A DNA stretch of 64,000 bases, taken from NCBI GenBank assembly GCA_963702005.1, contig OY969696.1, positions 352,001-416,000 on the forward strand, given 5' to 3'. Position numbers and translations under genes: made by a program. The notes below the pieces were generated by a model, which did no database searches, was not told where the DNA came from, and saw only the letters and a program-made list of their open reading frames with translations. Below, piece after piece: positions 1 to 12,487 of the stretch; the first letter of the stretch is position 1, and every line of letters starts with the position of its first letter. This DNA is from Candidatus Aminicenantes bacterium (GTDB lineage Bacteria > Acidobacteriota > Aminicenantia > Aminicenantales > JAFGBC01).

Positions 1-67
1 TAGATCATTCGTTCCCTTTGAGGACAAGGATAAGTGGATGAAGACTGAAAGTCAATTTCCTCGAAGA

Positions 68-409
68 TCAACGCCTTTCCTTGAGCTCGGCTTCCATCGC
101 CCTCTGGACGAGCTGGTTTAAAGTGATCCCCTGGAGGCGCGACTTCCGGACGGCTTTTTGATGAAGCTCGGGAGAAATCCGGATGTTGAAGCTTCCCTTG
201 TAGGATTTTTGCGTCTCCTTCCCGGCCGTCCGGCAGATTTCGATATAATCCAAGACGGCCTCGCGGAACGCTTTCTTGAGCTCGTTGACGGAGCGGCCCT
301 CGAAGGAGACAAGGTCCTTGATGCCTTCGATCCGGCCGTGGAAACAATCGTCTTCCGGACTGAAATGAATCGTCGCCAGGAAATCCTTATACCTAAGAAT
401 ATTCTTCAT
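68..409 (-). CDS. hicB: HicB family antitoxin
   Basis: 113 aa; 'FHGRIEGIKDLVSFEG..V.EL..AF...V.DY' and C-terminal 'YKGSFNIRISPELH' ribbon-helix-helix; 4-nt overlap with hicA. Confidence 0.92.
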   Translation of the reverse strand: MKNILRYKDFLATIHFSPEDDCFHGRIEGIKDLVSFEGRSVNELKKAFREAVLDYIEICRTAGKETQKSYKGSFNIRISPELHQKAVRKSRLQGITLNQLVQRAMEAELKERR

Positions 410-666
410 GGAATCATCCCTCGCGATCTCAATTCATCCTCGAGATCAACCATCTGATACGACTTGAGGATCCCTGCCGGGTGTGGCCTGTGAAGACGAA
501 TGACATGGCCCGTTTCAAGATGAACGAACGCGATCCTCGACCCGGAGGTTCTCCCGCCTTTTAATTCTCGATACCCCAACCCGCTCAACAACATGCGTAA
601 CTCATCATAGGAGAAGTCCTTCGGCCGAGACAGAAATCTCTTCAGGAGCTTCTCGAAACGGCTCAT
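406..666 (-). CDS. hicA: HicA family mRNA interferase toxin
   Basis: 86 aa from ATG 666 (MSRFEKLLKRF...GSR..F...I.LHRPHP); upstream of hicB. Confidence 0.9.
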   Translation of the reverse strand: MSRFEKLLKRFLSRPKDFSYDELRMLLSGLGYRELKGGRTSGSRIAFVHLETGHVIRLHRPHPAGILKSYQMVDLEDELRSRGMIP

Positions 667-670
667 TGAC

Positions 671-715
671 AATTTACCATAAACGCATTTAGGCTGCAAC
701 CAATATTTAGTTGCA
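671..715 (-). promoter_or_regulatory. hicAB sigma70-type promoter with palindromic operator
   Basis: -35 TTGCAG (699-694), 17 nt, extended -10 TG-G-TAAATT (676-671); TGCAAC-N9-GTTGCA (695-715) overlaps the -35. Confidence 0.6.
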
Positions 716-889
716 ATTTGATCAATCGCTCTATTCGGTCGCCATCCGGGCTGAGAGACCAATCGCTCTCGATAAAACATCAGACGCTGTACGTAAGTGC
801 CCGGTCTCAAGGCGCGCCTATTCCCATGACCAGGGCCGATATGCTATATTTGCGGGGCCGTGAAGACTCTCTGATGGAGGATGCGCGCC

Positions 890-1933
890 ATGGAACATAA
901 GATCGGGCTCATCGGCTGCGGGACGGTCGGGCAGGGACTCCTCGAGATCCTGGACCGGAAAGGACCCGAGCTCCGCGAGCGCTACGGGTTCGAGGCCAGG
1001 GTCGTCGCGATCAGCGACAAGATCAAGGGTTCGGTCCTGGCCCCCGACGGCCTGGCCGTCCCCAAGGTCCTCGAGATCCTCGGCGCCGGGAAGACCCTGG
1101 ACGCCTATCCCGGCGGGAGCCGGCCGGCCTCGCTCGATCCCCTGGACATGATCGAAAAGTCGAATGCCGAGATCATCGCCGAGCTGACCTACACCGACAT
1201 CAAGACCGGCGAACCCGCCACGAGCTACATAAAAAAGGCCCTCCGGACCGGCAAACACGTCGTCACCTCGAACAAAGGGCCGGCCGCCCTCCATTACCAC
1301 GAGCTCAAAAAGATGGCCCAGGCGAACCGGCTCCAGTTCCGGATCGAGGGAACGGTCATGAGCGGAACGCCCGTCTTTCACCTCGTCGAGACCGGACTGG
1401 CCGGGAACGAGATCCGGGAAGTCCTGGGCATCCTCAACGGCACGACGAACTTCATCCTGACCAAGATGGAAGTCGACGGCATGGATTACGCCGACGCCCT
1501 GAAGCTCGCCCAAAAGCTGGGCTACGCCGAGGCCGACCCGACGGCCGACGTGGAGGGCTTCGACGCGGCCGGAAAGATCGTCATCCTCTCTAACGTCCTC
1601 CTGGGTGGATCCATCAAGCCCGACGACGTCCCGAGGGAGGGGATCGCATCGATCACGCGCGCCATGGTCCTCGACGCGAAGGCCCGGGGTTATCGCTACA
1701 AGCTCGTCGCCCGGGCCAAGAAGGACGGGGGCAAGGTTGCGGCCAGCGTCGCGCCCCAGCGACTCCTCCTGTCGGATCCCCTGGCCGGGGTCATGGGGGC
1801 CCAGAACGCGCTGACCTTCGACACCGACCTGATGGGGAAGGTCACCATCCAAGGCGCCGGCGCGGGGAAGATCGAGACCGGCTTCTCCATATTATCCGAC
1901 CTGCTGGCCATCCACCGGACCCTATCCAAGTGA
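890..1933 (+). CDS. hom: Homoserine dehydrogenase
   Basis: GCGTVG Rossmann motif, HVVTSNK, GILNGTTNFIL, GYAEADPTADVEG; GGAGG SD at 876-880. Confidence 0.93.
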   Translation: MEHKIGLIGCGTVGQGLLEILDRKGPELRERYGFEARVVAISDKIKGSVLAPDGLAVPKVLEILGAGKTLDAYPGGSRPASLDPLDMIEKSNAEIIAELTYTDIKTGEPATSYIKKALRTGKHVVTSNKGPAALHYHELKKMAQANRLQFRIEGTVMSGTPVFHLVETGLAGNEIREVLGILNGTTNFILTKMEVDGMDYADALKLAQKLGYAEADPTADVEGFDAAGKIVILSNVLLGGSIKPDDVPREGIASITRAMVLDAKARGYRYKLVARAKKDGGKVAASVAPQRLLLSDPLAGVMGAQNALTFDTDLMGKVTIQGAGAGKIETGFSILSDLLAIHRTLSK

Positions 1934-2099
1934 TGGCCGGATGGGAGCTCCGCCCGGCCGAGGCCCACTTGACGAACGGACCCGTTTCTTAGTATTTTAG
2001 CCTCTCAAGCTGTATCATGGTTTTCGCCCTGCCTGAGTTTTCATCCGTTGCCGAGACCCATAACTGTATCCGCATATTCATGAAATCCTTGGAGGTATC

Positions 2100-3506
2100 A
2101 TGAGCTCCCAGCAATCTTTCAGCCCGGACGTCCAGAAATACATCGAGCGGGCCAAAGCGATCATCGCCGAGCGCGAAACCGCCCTGGCCCGGGCTAAAAA
2201 AATGAAATTCGACACTTTGGCCGTTCACGGGCTGTACACGGTCGAGGAAGCCCTCAACCAGAATCAAGGCGCCGTCATCGAACCGCTCTATCTCTCGGCC
2301 TCCCAGGCCTACCGCGATTCGGCCGAGCTCGAAGCGGCCTTGGCCTACCTGATCCCGACCTGGTGTTACACCCGGATCGCCAACCCGACGACCTACTATC
2401 TCGAATGGACGCTCGCCCTGCTCGAGGGTTATCGGACGGGATTCGACACATCCTGCCTGGTCACCGCGTCGGGAATGTCGGCGATCATGTCCGCCGCCGA
2501 TCCGCTGCTCGTCAAGCAGAAGGACGGACCGGAGCGGATCAATTTCGTCTCCTGCATCCAGGTTTACGGCGGCACCTACCAGCAGTTTTCGATCCGGAAA
2601 ATGAAGGAACGGGGAATCGAGGTCCGCTGGGTCCAGCATCCTTGGGACGTCGAGGATTGGAAAGCCAAGATCGACGAGGATACGCGTTTTATCTACATGG
2701 AGATGCCCTCCAACCCCCAGCAGTCCTTCGCCGATATCAAGGCCCTGGCCGACCTGGCCCACGGCCATGGGATCCCCCTCATCGTCGACGCGACCTGCGC
2801 GACGCCGGCCCTGATGCGGCCGATCGCCCATGGCGCCGATATCGTCGTCCATTCCCTGACCAAATCCATCACCTCGGGCGGCTTCGCCATCGGCGGAGCC
2901 CTTATCAGCCGCAAGCCGATCACGACCAAGGTCCACAACGATACCCCTCTATTCAAGGACAGCTTCGCCGAATATGTGAAGTTCCTTCCCTACCGGGATA
3001 ACGGCCCGGCCGCCTCCCCGGTCAACGCGATCTTCGCCCTGAACGACCTCAGGATACTCCGCTCCAAGATGGACCTGGTCAGCCGAAATTGCCAACAGGT
3101 GGCCGAGTACCTCCAGTCCCACCCCAAAGTCTATCAGGTCGATTACTTGGGCCTGCCCAGCTTTCACCTTCACAAGGTGGCCTCGAAGTACATGACGCTC
3201 GTCGACTCCGACGACGGGACCGGAAAAGAGGTCAACCGCTACGGGCATCTCATGAGCTTCCGGGTCGACGGTCCACCCCAGAACGCCCGGAAAGTGTTCG
3301 ACAACTTAAAAATGATCTTCAGAGCCACCGACCTGGGCCGCATCAAGAGCGTCGCCACCATCCCGGCCATCTCGACCCATTTCCAGCAGGGCGAGGAAGC
3401 GAGGCGGATGGCCGACGTCCCGCCCCAGCTGATCCGGCTCTGCGTCGGCGGCGAGCATCCCGACGACATCATCGCCGATCTCGACCAAGCCCTCGCTTCG
3501 CTCTGA
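2100..3506 (+). CDS. Cys/Met metabolism PLP-dependent enzyme (O-acyl-homoserine sulfhydrylase-like)
   Basis: YTRIANPT, ASGMSAI, YGGT, E.PSNP, VDAT.ATP, HSLTK (PLP Lys), IRLCVG.E..DDI..DL; next to hom. Confidence 0.88.
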   Translation: MSSQQSFSPDVQKYIERAKAIIAERETALARAKKMKFDTLAVHGLYTVEEALNQNQGAVIEPLYLSASQAYRDSAELEAALAYLIPTWCYTRIANPTTYYLEWTLALLEGYRTGFDTSCLVTASGMSAIMSAADPLLVKQKDGPERINFVSCIQVYGGTYQQFSIRKMKERGIEVRWVQHPWDVEDWKAKIDEDTRFIYMEMPSNPQQSFADIKALADLAHGHGIPLIVDATCATPALMRPIAHGADIVVHSLTKSITSGGFAIGGALISRKPITTKVHNDTPLFKDSFAEYVKFLPYRDNGPAASPVNAIFALNDLRILRSKMDLVSRNCQQVAEYLQSHPKVYQVDYLGLPSFHLHKVASKYMTLVDSDDGTGKEVNRYGHLMSFRVDGPPQNARKVFDNLKMIFRATDLGRIKSVATIPAISTHFQQGEEARRMADVPPQLIRLCVGGEHPDDIIADLDQALASL

Positions 3507-3563
3507 AACTCCGCCGGCCGCTCGGTTGAATTTTGGGGGGGCTTCGTCTACAATGGCCCCAGG

Positions 3564-4832
3564 ATGGAAAAGATCAGGATTTTGGGGGATCACGAGCTTC
3601 GCCTCAAGGGCGAGGTCCGGATCAGCGGCGCCAAGAACGCGGTGCTCCCCGCCATCGCCGCCGCCCTCCTGACCAGCGGCGAAGTCCGGCTGACGAACGT
3701 CCCCCTCGTTAAGGACGTCTTCACGATCCTGAGGCTGGTCAAGGAGTTGGGCGCGGTCTATGAGATCCGAGACAACACCCTGACTCTCCGGGTCCGCGGC
3801 CTCTCCTCCGACGAGGCGGCCTACGCCCTCGTCCGGGCCATGAGGGCGTCCATCCTGGTCCTGGGTCCTCTGCTGGCCCGTCACGGCAAGGCTGTCGTCG
3901 CCCTGCCCGGCGGCTGCGCCATCGGATCGCGTCCGATCGACCTCCATATCGGAGGCCTTCAGAAGCTGGGGGCGACGATCAGCCTTGAACACGGCTATAT
4001 CCAGGCTTCGGCCGATCGTCTCCGCGGGGCCGAGATCCACTTCGAAAAGAAAACCGTCACCGGCACCGAGAACCTGGTCATGGCGTCCTGTTTGGCCGAG
4101 GGCGAGACCGTCCTTCGCAACTGCGCCGTCGAGCCCGAGGTCACGAACCTCTGCGAGCTCTTGGTCAAGATGGGCGCCGGGATCGAGGGGATCGGCGAGG
4201 AAACCATCCGGATCAACGGCGTCCGCGAGCTGGGCGGAGCCGAACATGAAATCATTCCGGACCGGATCGAGGCCGGGACGTTCCTGGTGGCGGGCGGCCT
4301 GACCCAGGGCGATCTCGTCCTGACCGGAGTTCAACCCGACCACCTGACGACGGTCATCGAGAGGCTCCGCTACTCGGGCGTCGCCATCGAGAGGATCGAA
4401 CCGGGCGCCCTCCACGTCGTCGGCGGCCCCGAGATCCGGCCCCAGGATATCACGACCTCCCCCTACCCCGGATTCCCGACGGATATGCAGGCCCAATTCA
4501 TGGCCCTGATGACCCAAGCCCTGGGAACGTCCATCATCACCGAGACCATTTTCGACCGCCGCTTCGCCCACGTCAACGAACTCCTCCGTCTCGGGGCCGC
4601 CATCGAAGTCTCGGGAGACAAGGCCGTCGTCAGGGGAAAAACGCTCTTGAGCGGAGCGGAGACGATCGCCACCGACCTTCGGGCCTCGGCATGCCTGGTC
4701 CTGGCCGGCCTGGTTGCGAGCGGCGAGACCGTCATCAACGAGGCCGAACACCTCGACCGGGGCTACGAGAGGATCGAGGACAAGCTCAAGGCCCTGGGGG
4801 CCCGCATCGAGCGGATCTCGGACAAGAAATAG
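3564..4832 (+). CDS. murA: UDP-N-acetylglucosamine 1-carboxyvinyltransferase
   Basis: ISGAKNAVLP, MRAS, LPGGCAIGSRPIDLH, PGFPTDMQ, DLRAS, HLDRGY. Confidence 0.97.
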   Translation: MEKIRILGDHELRLKGEVRISGAKNAVLPAIAAALLTSGEVRLTNVPLVKDVFTILRLVKELGAVYEIRDNTLTLRVRGLSSDEAAYALVRAMRASILVLGPLLARHGKAVVALPGGCAIGSRPIDLHIGGLQKLGATISLEHGYIQASADRLRGAEIHFEKKTVTGTENLVMASCLAEGETVLRNCAVEPEVTNLCELLVKMGAGIEGIGEETIRINGVRELGGAEHEIIPDRIEAGTFLVAGGLTQGDLVLTGVQPDHLTTVIERLRYSGVAIERIEPGALHVVGGPEIRPQDITTSPYPGFPTDMQAQFMALMTQALGTSIITETIFDRRFAHVNELLRLGAAIEVSGDKAVVRGKTLLSGAETIATDLRASACLVLAGLVASGETVINEAEHLDRGYERIEDKLKALGARIERISDKK

Positions 4833-4849
4833 GGACAAGGAGGACCGGC

Positions 4850-5194
4850 ATGGAGGCCTGCCTCTTCTGCAAAATCGCCGCCAAGGAGATTCCGGCCCGG
4901 ATCGTCCACGAAACGGAGCGGGTTCTCGCCTTCGAAGACATCGCCCCCAAAGCCCCCCATCATATCCTGATCATTCCCAAGGAACATTTCGCTTCGCTCA
5001 ACGACCTGCCGGCCGACAAGGGAGATTTATTGGTCGAGGTTTTAATGGCGGCCCGGACTATCGCCCGGGAGCTGGGAATATCCGCGTCGGGCTACCGGAT
5101 CGTCCTCAACACGGCCCGCGATTCGGGGCAGGAAGTCTTCCACATCCACTTCCATCTTCTGGGCGGCCGGCGGATGACCTGGCCGCCGGGATAG
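4850..5194 (+). CDS. Histidine triad (HIT) nucleotide-binding protein
   Basis: CLFCKI...QEVFHIHFHLLGGR..WPPG; AGGAGG SD upstream of ATG 4850. Confidence 0.93.
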   Translation: MEACLFCKIAAKEIPARIVHETERVLAFEDIAPKAPHHILIIPKEHFASLNDLPADKGDLLVEVLMAARTIARELGISASGYRIVLNTARDSGQEVFHIHFHLLGGRRMTWPPG

Positions 5195-5225
5195 GACGCG
5201 CCTTCGGCCTCCGCCGAAATCCCCC

Positions 5226-5711
5226 ATGTCTTACATCATCGACGGCAGCAACTTCCTGGGCCGCCAGGCCGTATCCGTCAGAGACGCCCCGGAAAAAATG
5301 GACTTAGCCCGGAGGCTGTCGATGTTCCAGCGTCAGACGCGGGCACGGGTGACCCTCGTCTTCGACGGCCCTCCGGATCCCGGTCTTGAAACCCCGCCGG
5401 CTCCGCCCGGCCAGAGGACGCTGGCCGTCCTATTCCCCGCCGAAGGCGAAAAGGGCGACGACCTCATTATGGACATCATCCTCAAGCAGAAGAATCCTCG
5501 GCATACCGTCCTGGTGACGTCCGATCGAGAGCTCGCTGAATGCGGCCGCGAGCTCGGCCTGAGGATCATAAGCGTTGCCGATTTCGCTAAACAGCTTCGG
5601 GAAGCCCTCCGAGATTTCCACAAGGCGCGCGCCTCCCGGAAGCGGGAGACGAAACCGCCGAAAGGGCTCGAGCTCAGCCTCTGGCTGGATGTGTTCAAGG
5701 AGCGCCAATGA
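5226..5711 (+). CDS. NYN/PIN-like (YacP-like) domain protein
   Basis: YIIDGSN, LVFDG, GDD.I, LVTSDREL acidic motifs. Confidence 0.75.
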   Translation: MSYIIDGSNFLGRQAVSVRDAPEKMDLARRLSMFQRQTRARVTLVFDGPPDPGLETPPAPPGQRTLAVLFPAEGEKGDDLIMDIILKQKNPRHTVLVTSDRELAECGRELGLRIISVADFAKQLREALRDFHKARASRKRETKPPKGLELSLWLDVFKERQ

Positions 5712-6622
5712 CGCGAGTCGCCATCATCGGAGCCGGAAGGCTGGGAACCTCGTTGGGCGTGGCTCTGCGCCGGGCCGGATATGCGGTCCGGGCCGTGACT
5801 TGCCGCCGGAGGGCGTCGGCTCGGGAAAGCGCCCGCCTCATCGGCCGGACCGTTCCTTTCGCAAACAACGCCCGGGCCGCGGAGAGTGGGGATCTTATAT
5901 TCATTTGCCTGCCGGACGGGGCGATCCGCGCCGCCGCGGACGCGCTCGCGGCCGAAGCGAAAAACCTTTCAGGCAAGATCGTCTTTCACACGAGCGGAGC
6001 CGTCGCCGCCTCGGCGCTGGCTCCGCTGCTAAAGCGGGGCGCCTCGATCGCGTCTTTCCACCCCGTCCAGTCCTTTGCGCGCAAAGAGGGAAGCGCCGAG
6101 ATGTTCGCCGGCATCGCGGTCGCGCTGGAAGGGGATCCCCGAGCAGTCGCCGCGGGGCGGCGGATCGTCAAGGCCCTCGGCGGCCGGACGCTCCTTATCA
6201 GGGCGGACCAGAAAGCGGCCTTTCACGCGGCCTGCAGCATCGTTTCCAACTATCTCGTCGTCCTCTTCGACATGGCCGAGGCGTCGCTCCGCGAGGCCGG
6301 GATTAAGAACCGGGACGCTTTCCGCTCTCTCCTCCCTCTCGCGAAAGGAATTTTACGAAACGTAAAAATTATTGACGCGGGGAGATCCTTGACCGGCCCC
6401 ATCGCCCGCGGGGATTTCGAGACGGTCGCCCGGCACCTCGAGGCCTTCCGGCGCCTTCCTCGTTACAGAAGCGCCTATCGCGGGTTGGGGCGGCTTGCCC
6501 TCGACCTGGCCGCGCGGCGGGGACTCCCGCCCCAACAAGTCAAAGCATTGAGGCGGTTGCTGGAAGATAGACGACCTCTTCCTCGAGTTCGACGCCGAAC
6601 CCGTTCCGAACCCTCTCCTTGA
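5708..6622 (+). CDS. Rossmann-like + DUF2520 oxidoreductase (PanG-like ketopantoate reductase family)
   Basis: IIGAGRLG, HTSGA, SFHPVQSF, FHAAC...SNYLV, LTGPIARGD..TV..HL. Confidence 0.85.
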   Translation: MTRVAIIGAGRLGTSLGVALRRAGYAVRAVTCRRRASARESARLIGRTVPFANNARAAESGDLIFICLPDGAIRAAADALAAEAKNLSGKIVFHTSGAVAASALAPLLKRGASIASFHPVQSFARKEGSAEMFAGIAVALEGDPRAVAAGRRIVKALGGRTLLIRADQKAAFHAACSIVSNYLVVLFDMAEASLREAGIKNRDAFRSLLPLAKGILRNVKIIDAGRSLTGPIARGDFETVARHLEAFRRLPRYRSAYRGLGRLALDLAARRGLPPQQVKALRRLLEDRRPLPRVRRRTRSEPSP

Positions 6623-7478
6623 GTTCCGCCGCCAGGGCCAAAACATCCCGGGCCGAGGCCCGACCCAGGTTGATGATGAAGTTCGCATGCCCTTGAAAGA
6701 CGGCGGCGTCGCCGACACGAAGGCCCTTAGCTCCCGCCTGGTCCAATAGCCGCCCCGCGGCCAGCTTGGTCCCGTCCCTTAGGACCGGGTTCTTGAAATA
6801 GCTCCCCGCGCAGGGAGTGCCGGGACGGGGATGTTTGCCGCTCCGGGATTCCAAATAATCCTTGACGCGCCGTCGGATCAGGGCGGGATCTCCCGGTTCG
6901 ACATCAAACCTGACTCCACTTATAATTTGGTGATCGTCCTGGAGATGGGAGCGGCGGTAGGCAAAAGCCATCTCGGCCTTGGTCCGGACGGCCGTCTGCC
7001 CGTTCCCGAGGAGGAGATCGACGTCTCGGACGGCCTCGCCGATGCTCCGGCCGAAGGCGCCGGCATTCCCGCAGACGGCGCCGCCGACCGTGCCCGGGAT
7101 GCCCGCCAGAAACTCCAGGCCGGCCATGGACCGTTCAACCAGGAATTCGACCAGGCTTTCGAGGGGCGTGCCCGAGAAGGCCGTTACCACTGAGCCCCGC
7201 CGCTCCAGACCCCGAACTTCGTTCCGGATAACGATGCCGCGAAACCCCTCGTCATCGAACAGGAGGTTCGAGCCGCCTCCGATGATATAGAACCTCTTCC
7301 CCGCCTCCCGAGCCCAGGCGACGGCCTTCTCGAGGTCGCCGACGGATTCCGCCCGAAACAGGAGGTCGGCCGGCCCCCCTATCCTGAACCAGGACCATTC
7401 GGAGAGGGGGGCGGACGGCAGCGCCGGCCGTCCGACTTTGGAGGCGAAGGACGCGGCGAGCGCCTGTTTGCTTTCCAC
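6540..7478 (-). CDS. murB: UDP-N-acetylenolpyruvoylglucosamine reductase
   Basis: RIGGPA, GGGSNLL, GIPGTVGGA..NAGA, AGSYFKNP, HANFIIN, LEEEV. Confidence 0.95.
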   Translation of the reverse strand: MESKQALAASFASKVGRPALPSAPLSEWSWFRIGGPADLLFRAESVGDLEKAVAWAREAGKRFYIIGGGSNLLFDDEGFRGIVIRNEVRGLERRGSVVTAFSGTPLESLVEFLVERSMAGLEFLAGIPGTVGGAVCGNAGAFGRSIGEAVRDVDLLLGNGQTAVRTKAEMAFAYRRSHLQDDHQIISGVRFDVEPGDPALIRRRVKDYLESRSGKHPRPGTPCAGSYFKNPVLRDGTKLAAGRLLDQAGAKGLRVGDAAVFQGHANFIINLGRASARDVLALAAELKERVRNGFGVELEEEVVYLPATASML

Positions 7479-7548
7479 GGGGTCTATTCTAAGCCAAAAG
7501 CCGGGATCCGCGCAAAAAGAGGGAAGGTACTTTTTCCCGCTTTGAACT

Positions 7549-7564
7549 TGGCACGCTTTTTGCT
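7549..7564 (+). promoter_or_regulatory. sigma54 (-24/-12) promoter upstream of TPR protein gene
   Basis: TGGCAC-GCTTT-TTGCT exact match to consensus; a sigma70-like TTGACT-N17-TATTAT also lies at 7621-7649. Confidence 0.7.
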
Positions 7565-7676
7565 ATAGTTATTGCGCGTGTGCTGCGGCCGGGCGGGTCG
7601 GCCGTAAGTATTAATTCATATTGACTTTTCATGAGAGGCGCGCTATTATTCAAAAAATTTTGATGCGAGGTTGTGT

Positions 7677-10960
<3,284 letters not shown>

Positions 10961-10967
10961 AGGCCCC

Positions 10968-12383
10968 TCACTTTTTTTTGGGGCCGAACAGGGAAAAGGA
11001 GAAAAATCCCTTTTTCTTGCCGCCCTGGTCGAGTTCGCGGAGTGCGATCTCGTGCTCGGAGTCGATCGCCACGGCCCGTTCGAACTGGCGGCGGGCCTTG
11101 GTCAAGAGCCCTTCGTTCTTATAAAGCACCCCCAGGGCGACCAGTCCTTCCGGGTTCCAGGGTTCGAGCTCGATGGCCCTTATGAAATCCTGTTCGGCCT
11201 TCTTCTGGAAGGTGGGGACTTTGCACTCGGCCATTCCCAGAAGGAGATAATAGTCACCCTTCGGTCCGCCCAGGCGAACGGCCTGCTCGAGAAGGATGAC
11301 GGCCTCCTCGAAGCGGCCCTGGTTGTACAGCGTCTTGCCCTGGCGGAACTTGATGTCCGCTTTCTTGGCCTGGCTGGTCGAATCCTCCTGGGGACCCGAG
11401 CTCAGCTTTTGATCGTAATCGGACCTGGCGCCGCGCTCGATCAGGGTCCGATAGGCCTTGGTCACGAGGTCGAAGACGTCGTCGACCTGCTTTTTGATGT
11501 CCGAGGAAAGGTTCCGGCCAAACCGGTCGGGGTGGCATTTGCGGGCCAGCTGGAAGTAGGCCTTCTTAATGTCTTCCTCCGGGGAGTCCTTGGAGACCCG
11601 GAAGAACTGGTAATAATTCAGGGTCGCCAGCCGGTCCTTCAAGGCCAGGATTTCCCAGAGCTGGGCCTGGAGGGATTCGCCGGCGGCCTCTCCGGCCGGT
11701 TCTGGAACGGCTTCGGCGGCCTCCTCCGGGAAATCTATAATGCCCAGGCCATAAAGAAGGTAAAGGCTTTTCCAAAACTCCTCCGGGCTCATGCCCGATA
11801 AGGCGGCCAAGCTGGAGCCGTCCAGCTTCCCGTTGATATAGCCGAGAAGCTTCTTTTCCGCTTCGGACAGCAGATGCTGGTGGATTCTCGCCAAGAAAAC
11901 GGGAACCCGGTTCTCGAGGGATTTCTTCAATTCCGGATGGAAGCGCATGCCGCGGATCCCTTCCTCGATCAGGAAGGGGATGCCGATCCGGGACTGGATG
12001 GACTGGTCGACGAACCGCTCCTGCTCCTGGAACCCGATCTCCCCCTCGAAGTAGGAGAACAGGCTCAGCGTGATCTCCTTCATCTGGGCCATCAACCCAT
12101 CCTGAAGCTCCTGCTCCTTGATGATGCCCAGGCCGACCAGAACCTTGCCGATGTTCTGGCGGGGCTCGATGTATTGCTCGATCTTGGAGTGGACCTCCTG
12201 GGAGATGGATCCTTGGCGGAACAGGACTTCGCCGATCTTCTCCGAGGCGACGTTGGTCCGGGCGAAGATGAGGTTTCCGTTCTGGAAGAAGAGGTATTTC
12301 TGGATCTCCCCGAACTTGAAATCGAGTCGTCCGGTCTTTTTGTTTAAAGAAACGTCCCTGAGAAAATGGGCGACATGATTCAT
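10968..12383 (-). CDS. DUF4388-like + DnaJ + TPR domain protein
   Basis: N-terminal 'KKTGRL.F...K.LFF..G.L.FA', J domain 'NYYQ...IKKAYFQLARKCHPDRF', C-terminal TPRs. Confidence 0.8.
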   Translation of the reverse strand: MNHVAHFLRDVSLNKKTGRLDFKFGEIQKYLFFQNGNLIFARTNVASEKIGEVLFRQGSISQEVHSKIEQYIEPRQNIGKVLVGLGIIKEQELQDGLMAQMKEITLSLFSYFEGEIGFQEQERFVDQSIQSRIGIPFLIEEGIRGMRFHPELKKSLENRVPVFLARIHQHLLSEAEKKLLGYINGKLDGSSLAALSGMSPEEFWKSLYLLYGLGIIDFPEEAAEAVPEPAGEAAGESLQAQLWEILALKDRLATLNYYQFFRVSKDSPEEDIKKAYFQLARKCHPDRFGRNLSSDIKKQVDDVFDLVTKAYRTLIERGARSDYDQKLSSGPQEDSTSQAKKADIKFRQGKTLYNQGRFEEAVILLEQAVRLGGPKGDYYLLLGMAECKVPTFQKKAEQDFIRAIELEPWNPEGLVALGVLYKNEGLLTKARRQFERAVAIDSEHEIALRELDQGGKKKGFFSFSLFGPKKK

Positions 12384-12487
12384 GAGCGATTTCCTTATAA
12401 CGCATCCGGCGGAAATATGCAATAGACCGTGGGCGGTGCCGGGCCGGTTTCGTTGAAAAGCCGGGGGAATTGTGCTACTTTCACGAT

